Assembly: GCA_030167865.1 (NCBI GenBank)
Contig: JALAGF010001309.1
Location: 62,001-114,278 of the forward strand
Direction of reading: 5' to 3'
DNA from: Craspedostauros australis
Taxonomy: Eukaryota
DNA: 52,278 nt
Notes under the pieces: generated by a model
Told to the model about the DNA's origin: nothing
Databases searched by the model: none
The model's input: the letters and a program-made list of their open reading frames with translations, nothing else
Made by a program: the position numbers and the translations under genes
Shown: piece by piece, positions 45,322 through 52,278 of the stretch
Position numbering within the stretch: position 1 is the first letter of the stretch
How the letters are laid out: each line of letters opens with the position of its first letter

Positions 45322-45810
45322 TTAGAATTTGGGGAAGAATCGCACTGTTTTCTGCGCCAGTGGGTTCTTGTGTGCAGAATCCTTCTTTTCTGCCTCCAGC
45401 TTTTCTGCCTCCAGCTTCTCCTGCAGCTTCTCCTGCTGCTTCTGCTCTCTCACAGCCTTGACGGAGCTCATGTACCCGCTGACTAGGTTGGCCGTCATGC
45501 TGGGCAGTTGCTCACCGAGGGATCGCGACATCTTGAGATTGTACTCCCTGCGACTTTCCATGAGGTTGCACATGCGCTCCCCCAAGTCGGGCTGTTCTAT
45601 GGTGCGGTTCATGCCCTCCACGATGCTGTTGGCCATTGCAGTTTGAACGCGCGGGTGCTCCAGCACATCCGCCGTGAATTCGCCCATCTGCCTGACGAGC
45701 CATTCGCGTGTCTGCAGATATCGACCGCTTTTGTACCATTCGTAAAGGTTGGCCGCAATCGTGAGAATACCAATCAGAATGATGGTCAGCAGCATGTCCA
45801 TGTACGTCAT
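45322..45810 (-). CDS. Small single-pass membrane hypothetical protein, 162 aa
   Basis: N-terminal hydrophobic helix LLTIILIGILTIAANLY, helical body, EKL-repeat tail; coding-like codon use. Confidence 0.7.
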   Translation of the reverse strand: MTYMDMLLTIILIGILTIAANLYEWYKSGRYLQTREWLVRQMGEFTADVLEHPRVQTAMANSIVEGMNRTIEQPDLGERMCNLMESRREYNLKMSRSLGEQLPSMTANLVSGYMSSVKAVREQKQQEKLQEKLEAEKLEAEKKDSAHKNPLAQKTVRFFPKF

Positions 45811-46434
45811 CTGTCTTTCTGTCTGTGTGCACATGTGTGTGTGTGTGCAACGTGCCTTGTCGTTTTGGTGCTACTTCTGCCTCTCGTGTTGCTGCTCCTG
45901 CTGCTGCTGCTGCCTTTGCTGACTTTGCTGACTTTGAAGATTGTTGTGTTCGCTCAGCAATTGTGCGCCGTTGTTGTCCCAAGCTTGGTTGATGTGGGGT
46001 GTTGGTACGAGTATGACGTCGACGTTCGGGCGCTCATGTGAGGGCTCTTCTCATCGATGTCGGGACAAGATGATGCTGTTTGTTGCGTGCCTCCTCTCCT
46101 TCGTGGAGATTCGCATTGTTCCTGTTCTGCGCTTCTGGTGCAAGCATTAGTCGTGTATAATCGATTACATTGACATTTATTTAGCCTGTACGGCGTCAGG
46201 TGATGCACACATCAACAATGCGAGACTGACGCAGCTGCGTGTGTTCGGCGGCCGCCGGACTCATCCTCGTCGATCACCTGCACCGGTTCGAGTATCTTTG
46301 GGTTGCGTTGCTGACATTCCATGGCATTGCTTGCATCTATTGTTCTAAGGCTAGTCGTATGCCACAGCACTTCGCACAAACCTCATTGTTGCATTCATCC
46401 ACTGCGCACAACGAGTAGGTGGCGAAGGATCAGA

Positions 46435-47655
46435 ATGAGATATCGAACAAGCGGGCTGCTGGGTGTGCTTGGGAGCTGCGCAAGCGTACTGATGACCAAC
46501 CCATCCATGAAGGCATCCTCTTTCGCGCTGGAACGATCCACCCGCCGTTCTCAGTGTCGAAGCTTGGTACTTCCCTCGCAATACACGTGCTCAGGCGCCT
46601 CCAGATTTGGTTCGTCTTCCGAAGATCGCAGTTCCGCCGTAGCCAAAGCGCCGACGCCATCCGCACTACTTGCGTCGACATCTTCGGAAACCGCCGTCGA
46701 CCGGTCGACGCTGACACTGCTGGAGCATGTCAATCTCAACGTCCCAAGTCACGAGTACATCCTCCCGTTCTACTTCGACATCCTGCAATGCGGCATGGAT
46801 CCACGCAAGGCGGCCAACCTTGCACCCGATGCACCCAAAAAGACCATCTGGGCCAACATGGGTGCTAGCCAGTTCCATCTCCCGTACGGCGATGTCGCGC
46901 AGACCATTCCAGGCATCATCGGGCTGCGCTTCGACTCCCTCGACGGGCTCAAGAAGCGGCTGCAAGAGGAATCCGCGAAAGACGTTGTGAAGGGCTGGAC
47001 CGAACTCAGCGGCGGGAGGGGCGTCTCCATTCGCATCGAGGACAACTACGGCAACGTGTTCTTGTGCAGCGCCAAGCCAAAATCGGCTGCCAGCCAAACC
47101 AACTACCAGCAACCCTACATCCGCCCCACCGAACTAGAGAAATGGGGCGACGTCGCCACGACGTATGGCAAGTCTCAGCCCGAGTGTCGAGGATTGGATT
47201 TTGTCGAGATCCGATGCCCACCCAACACGGCGGACGATATTGCCTTATTCTACGACTCCGTCTTTGATGCCACCACCACCGTCCTCGATGTGGACGGTAA
47301 AATCGCCATCATTGGATTCGGCGACATCAATGAGAACGGACAGCCCGAACAGTCGCTGCTGTTCCGCGAATCACCAGACACTGCCGACGAGTACGACGGT
47401 CACCACATCGCCATGTACGTGGGCGATTCCGTCTTGGATTTTGAACAGGCCTTCAAGAATGCCAAATTGGCGGACATCGTGTGGGTGAATCCTCGCTTCA
47501 GCGACGATGTCATGGATCTTGGTGGTGCGCGCAAATGGAAGCAATTCCGATTCAAGGATATTGTCAACATCCAAACAGGCGAAACCATCATGGAGCTAGA
47601 ACATGAGCTGCGGTCGATTGAGCATGAATCATGGCCGGGAGCCGCGGATGCTTGA
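46435..47655 (+). CDS. VOC/glyoxalase-bleomycin-resistance-fold protein, possibly plastid-targeted, ~406 aa
   Basis: LEHVNLNVP, FYFDIL, WANMGASQFHL, IEDNYGNVF, IALFYDSVF and GHHIAMYV; presequence with an ASSFA motif. Alternative ATG at 46321. Confidence 0.75.
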   Translation: MRYRTSGLLGVLGSCASVLMTNPSMKASSFALERSTRRSQCRSLVLPSQYTCSGASRFGSSSEDRSSAVAKAPTPSALLASTSSETAVDRSTLTLLEHVNLNVPSHEYILPFYFDILQCGMDPRKAANLAPDAPKKTIWANMGASQFHLPYGDVAQTIPGIIGLRFDSLDGLKKRLQEESAKDVVKGWTELSGGRGVSIRIEDNYGNVFLCSAKPKSAASQTNYQQPYIRPTELEKWGDVATTYGKSQPECRGLDFVEIRCPPNTADDIALFYDSVFDATTTVLDVDGKIAIIGFGDINENGQPEQSLLFRESPDTADEYDGHHIAMYVGDSVLDFEQAFKNAKLADIVWVNPRFSDDVMDLGGARKWKQFRFKDIVNIQTGETIMELEHELRSIEHESWPGAADA

Positions 47656-47789
47656 AACCATCCGTGCGATATGATGCGATGCGATACGGCATGCTACGAC
47701 ATGATGCGATGCGATACTGCGTGTATTAGTCAGGTCAATTTCATTCTACTGCATGATAGCGGCAAAATGTACACACTTTAACGCTTTCG

Positions 47790-49658
47790 TCAGTTTATCG
47801 TGTAGGCAGAGTTCCCGCTTGGGCACATCTCCTCATACGGGACATTGACCAGCGTCAGCGGACACCCGAATACTAACTCCTCCATGCGATGATACGACCG
47901 ATGGTACCCCATCGAAACCTCCCAACCGCGTTTCGCAATGGCCTGCCGTTCCTCATCATGCTCCAAGTAGTATTCAATCTTTTGATGCAAATCCTGTACG
48001 TCCTCAAAGAACACGACACTCGTACCATTCTCTAATCCTTTCGGTAACGATAGCATGACGTCCGACAGCACCATTGCACCTGCCGCCAATCCCTCCATCA
48101 ACCGGTAATGATCTTCCCATGCATCCCGACCCGTCGTGACGATGATCTTGGTCGATAGACAGGCCCGGGCATAGTCCAACGAGGCCGTGGTCCGCCCCGT
48201 GCGTCCCGTCGGACCGGACGTGCTGGTTTTAGCACGGATCGTGATGTGCGGCGCATCGCGCCGCGGCTGTCCGTGCAGCTTCATCACGGTACGTGTGACG
48301 TCGTTGCGGTAAGATCCGTAGCCGGAGTTGATGATGGGCCAGAAATGCGCAACGTCGAACTCTTCGCGAACTCGGCTATACGGTGGCGGCAAGCAAGATT
48401 CGTCCAATGGCCGATCGCGAGCGTAGCGCATCGCATCCCAGTGCTTGGCTGGATCGTCGGCGCCGCGGAATGCATCATGCAAAGCCGTGCCTGCCTTCTT
48501 CTTTGCGTCGGATAGCATATCGCTCAGAACGCGCTTGAGACTGTTGACATGATCCGTGCGCACTGTGTAGGGCGCATGCTTCGTCGGTCCTCCCGCCGTA
48601 TTCGCCTGTTCCGGCATCTCCAATCGACCGATTTCGAGCTTTTTCGACGTGGAATTGTACTGTCGACCTTTGATGATCATGCGCGTTGCGGTGCGGATAT
48701 GGGGTTTGTCCTGGATGTTTTGCTGGACGGATTTGTCGGTGATGTTGTCATGCAGGAGGATCTTATTGTAGAACACGTTGACGAAGAAGCGATCGGAATA
48801 CTCGACGAGCAGGAGCTTCCATTTGGCGTTGATCCCGTCGAACCAGAGCTGCTGCAGGAAGGAATTCTTGCGGAACTCTTTCTGACTGCGCGCGCGGATG
48901 ACATCCAAAACCCACAGCTCGACATGCGTTTCGTTGTGGACAGTGCAATTGCTGCGGTGGTGAAGGTATTCTTGGATCGGATTGACCTGCTCCGGCTTCT
49001 TTTTATCGATGAACTCGGGATCATTCTTGGAAACGAGATTGCAGAATTGCACGAGCTCCATGAAGTTGGACGACGCGATGCCATCGTACATGATGTGGAT
49101 GCTCTCGCCTTGCATTGGCAACGCGGTGCCAAGTCCAACTCGCAAAGGACGATGCCGGGGTGCTTTCCGTAAGGGATGCTCAACATCATGCTGTGCAATC
49201 ATATTCCTCGCACCTCCGGATGAAGCAGCGTCCGAGTATTCCAAGTCAGTAATGTTGAAAAATGGACAACTCTTGTGAATGCCACATTCCATCAGCTCCG
49301 AACTGGTCTTCAACTGCACTCGCCTGGCAGCGTTGGGTGCAAGGCGGTCTTTGAGTTGCTGCGCTTGGGCTGGGCTTGGTTCGCCCAGTGAGGCAGGCCG
49401 CGGTTGTTCGATGACAGAAACGTTGAGGTGCTCCCACGAAATAGGCTCTGGAAAGATGGATGATCGCGTCGATTCGTAAATCAAGTTGACAGAGAGCAGG
49501 CCCCCTGTAAACAAGATCACGTACATCAGCGATGCTGTGCTGAAAGAGGACTTCGTGCACTGCTTCTTGCGCTGCCGCTTCACCTGCTTCGATCTTGTCT
49601 CTGACGCAGCAGCGGCCGTCTTTCCATCATGCCGAAGGTCTCTGGATGGTTCACCCAT
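47790..49658 (-). CDS. Type II membrane glycosyltransferase (Glyco_trans_1_2/CgeB-like C-terminal domain), 622 aa
   Basis: TM LMYVILFTGGLLSVNLIY; YARACLSTKIIV, WEDHYRLMEGLAAGAMVLSD and DLHQKIEYYLEHDEERQAIAKRG. Confidence 0.85.
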   Translation of the reverse strand: MGEPSRDLRHDGKTAAAASETRSKQVKRQRKKQCTKSSFSTASLMYVILFTGGLLSVNLIYESTRSSIFPEPISWEHLNVSVIEQPRPASLGEPSPAQAQQLKDRLAPNAARRVQLKTSSELMECGIHKSCPFFNITDLEYSDAASSGGARNMIAQHDVEHPLRKAPRHRPLRVGLGTALPMQGESIHIMYDGIASSNFMELVQFCNLVSKNDPEFIDKKKPEQVNPIQEYLHHRSNCTVHNETHVELWVLDVIRARSQKEFRKNSFLQQLWFDGINAKWKLLLVEYSDRFFVNVFYNKILLHDNITDKSVQQNIQDKPHIRTATRMIIKGRQYNSTSKKLEIGRLEMPEQANTAGGPTKHAPYTVRTDHVNSLKRVLSDMLSDAKKKAGTALHDAFRGADDPAKHWDAMRYARDRPLDESCLPPPYSRVREEFDVAHFWPIINSGYGSYRNDVTRTVMKLHGQPRRDAPHITIRAKTSTSGPTGRTGRTTASLDYARACLSTKIIVTTGRDAWEDHYRLMEGLAAGAMVLSDVMLSLPKGLENGTSVVFFEDVQDLHQKIEYYLEHDEERQAIAKRGWEVSMGYHRSYHRMEELVFGCPLTLVNVPYEEMCPSGNSAYTIN

Positions 49659-50887
49659 CAGAGATCAAGGTTGTGCTGAATTGTGGATTCGCCCTCTTTA
49701 TCGTCCTGACTCAATGTCCAATGAATGGCTGAGTGCTTGGAGACATTCAAGATCGCAAATCCGAGCAGGAGGAGAGGTGTGGGATGTATAGCAGAGTGTG
49801 TACCTACTCGTGCGGGATGACCATCCGAAACAACAACGACCAGGTTCTTTCCAGAAAACACACAACCATCAGCATGTGCGAACTCCTCCCACTGGAGCGA
49901 CTTAGCGCAACCTAAAATTGTATCTCGACAAAATTGCCTCTCGAATTCGACTTGAGTATTTCGCTAAGAATTAATAGATACCCCGATGCGTCAAAGTTCC
50001 ACCGTGGTGCCGATAGAGAGCAGCAGGGCGTGGCACCCTGCGCTATCTGGATATCGTACTCTCTCTCTCTGCACTTGAAGAGAGAGGTAGTGCTCCTGCG
50101 TACCTCAGCTGCAGGCATCTGGGCTTGGGCCAGGGAAGTCCACTGTTGCGTTGGCAATGGTGTACGTGAGTGAGATGTCTCCCCGACAAACATCTGTTTT
50201 CAGGCAATCCATACACTTCTCGCCTTTGCTGCCATGGCAGGCTCGCTGTTGTGGACAGGAAGCACGACTATTCTAGAACAACCGACGCATGGTGGCATTT
50301 GTAGTTCATACACGATGGCAAGGCCTTGAGCTTGTCTGCTCTGTGCTATTTTGTTTGGCTCATTGTTGTGGTCCATTGCTATCTGTCACTACTTCGTTGC
50401 CATCAGTGACAGCGGCAGCAGCAGTCGAAATGGAAGTGCACAGTAGAGTAGAGTACCCTCCGCTCAAATTGAATCCAGCTCAGCCGGATTGGCTTGTGGC
50501 ATGTGTGTTCGACAAAGCTGTCGATTGTTTGTTGGTCTATGGCCTGTGTTGTCGTTGTGGTGTTCTTTGCTGTGGTGGTTTTTGCTTTCTCGTGTTTGAT
50601 GTTGATGGTTCTGTCAGCTTTGTGCCACGTATCAAGCAAAATGTCATGAGTACTGTCAAAATGGATTGTCGCTGACCGCTCAAAACCACAATTCTCGTTC
50701 TAATTTGCGCAGAAACTGGCGTCAATATTACATTTTGTCTCCCCCAGTCGAGCCCACTTTCTCAGGACAGAGCAATCCAGGTTAGCAACCATCATCTAGT
50801 TGGCATTGGCAGGATCTGCTTGACTTCGCGCACCGGGACCCGCGTCCACAACCCTACTCGAAGCGGGCACAGGTCGCGCCTGCCAAT

Positions 50888-51505
50888 TTAGCAACCGACT
50901 GCCTTGATGGTGAGGATATCAGCCTTAAAGTGTCCCATAACTCCTTCAGCCCAGATCTCCATGAACTGGATGTTGGACAGCACAGCTGAGGTTGGGCAGA
51001 CACTTGGGTCAGCAGAGCATGGGGTGGTGATTCTGCCAGTGACAAAGTCCCATTCGTTGCTGAAGTCGCTGAATGGGATGGTGTATCCGTTCTTGCCTGA
51101 TCCAGAAATAGGGATGGGGGCGCGCCACTCGAATGGAATTGGATCGTTGGGACCCGGAGGCTTATTTCCGAAGGCGATGTAGTATCCATCGTAGCCATTG
51201 ATGGAGTTCATGGTGATCTCGATGGCAGCACAGCCAGCGATGCTTGGGAAACCCTTGGTGCCAACGGCCTTGACGAATCCTGGTGCGCCGAGGAGAAAGC
51301 AGTACTTGACAAACCCATCAAAGTTGACATGATCAACTGCCGGAATTAGATGGCCCATGGAGACTCCACCAGGAATGACGTCGTCAGTCCACACCTCCCA
51401 GCCGCTGTAGCCGCCGGCAAAGTCCTGCAAGAGGACGTCGGCGTTGGCGGCGGAGAACATGCCCATGAGGGCGGCAGCGATGGCGGAGGAAACGGAGAGC
51501 TTCAT
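50888..51505 (-). CDS. Secreted CIA30-like (galactose-binding-fold) domain protein, 205 aa
   Basis: Signal peptide MKLSVSSAIAAALMGMFSAANA; WEVWTDDVIPGGVSMG (cf. CIA30 W..VND.VMGG.S); LGAPGF; IPFSDF; IWAEGVMGHF..DILTIKA. Confidence 0.75.
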   Translation of the reverse strand: MKLSVSSAIAAALMGMFSAANADVLLQDFAGGYSGWEVWTDDVIPGGVSMGHLIPAVDHVNFDGFVKYCFLLGAPGFVKAVGTKGFPSIAGCAAIEITMNSINGYDGYYIAFGNKPPGPNDPIPFEWRAPIPISGSGKNGYTIPFSDFSNEWDFVTGRITTPCSADPSVCPTSAVLSNIQFMEIWAEGVMGHFKADILTIKAVGC

Positions 51506-51735
51506 GGTGTTGATTGTTTGATAGTTTGTTGTTGGCTTTTGGCGTTTGGTGGGTGAATCAGTCCAAGTTATGCTTTTTGTGAGGATGTGGAGACATTGTT
51601 GCATTTCATTGTCGGAGATATAGGCGATGTGAGCGCACAGACGATGCGAACGCAGAGGCGGTACCAAAGGATCGGAAGTTGGAGGTTGGATTGGTGTTGA
51701 ATGCGATTCTACTGCCTCAAAGAGCCGGACCCAAA

Positions 51736-52005
51736 TGTTTGGCGATGTTTGGCGATGTTTGGCGATGATTGGCTACAGATTTTGGACCCGTTTTTCCCAA
51801 ACTCAGACTTAAAGTTATAGACACTCAATCGAATATCTCTTTGCATCTACCTAAACTTAAGACTCAGGGCTATCCAGGCAAGCAATAGCATTATCTTGTT
51901 GTTACTACTATCTAGTCGATCTTTTTGTGTTTGTTGACCCCCTTGGTGTGGTTTTGCCCTCGGACGACGGACGGACCGGGTTTTGTTTGGCGATGTTTGG
52001 CTACA
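51736..52005. repeat. 10-bp TGTTTGGCGA tandem units ending in TG(A/T)TTGGCTACA, in two blocks (51736-51777 and 51984-52005)
   Basis: Read directly; embedded in AT-richer, ORF-poor sequence. Confidence 0.85.
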
Positions 52006-52278
52006 AGTAGAATTCTACAGGAGTCCGGTAGGATCTTGCCTCTTTTTTCGAGAAATTCGACTCTCCATCTTTGAAGTCTCCGGACTTAGCGGTCTTTGGC
52101 TCAATCTGTACAATATATATCATTTAAGAATGCTCTCTCCGAGGCGGTCACAACCATATGGTATATATTGAGTTTGAGTGCGATGGTATGGAGATATGCT
52201 TGCGTTTAGTGCTCCCATGGAGGTCGGAACGATATTTGACCACTCGGATCCCCAATTTCGGCGGCAAGTTTGGAGAAT

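Noticed and set aside
1-52278. tRNA, rRNA or intact transposase/reverse transcriptase genes
   Set aside because: None recognised by eye; tRNAscan-SE, Infernal and RepeatMasker would be needed to exclude them.

Overview
Eukaryotic nuclear DNA with GT-AG introns, microsatellites and mostly convergent/divergent gene pairs; the gene content (AdoMetDC-like polyamine fusion, RXL/KXXK secreted protein, ASAF-like presequence, ShKT-P4H) points to a diatom (inference). About 17 protein-coding genes are supported: a 5'-truncated degenerate AdoMetDC-domain protein, a GT61 glycosyltransferase, a small hypothetical, a PP28/PDAP1-SAP protein, phosphoacetylglucosamine mutase (2 exons), two long low-complexity hypotheticals, a ~1004-aa secreted silaffin/collagen-like protein (2 exons), mitochondrial GrpE, an OM47-like beta-barrel, a YacP/Rae1-type NYN RNase, a 1557-aa Patched-like transporter (4 exons), a 3xShKT prolyl 4-hydroxylase (3 exons), a small membrane protein, a VOC-fold protein, a second glycosyltransferase and a secreted CIA30-like protein. 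The most interesting object is the secreted protein at 16838-20140: a duplicated CxxC domain, RXL sites, KXXK blocks, (Gly-Pro-Ser)n tracts and a motif repeated three times, [KR][DE]YPLIR. It lies in a window that also encodes plausible modifying enzymes. All family calls come from motif recognition by eye; no database searches were run.
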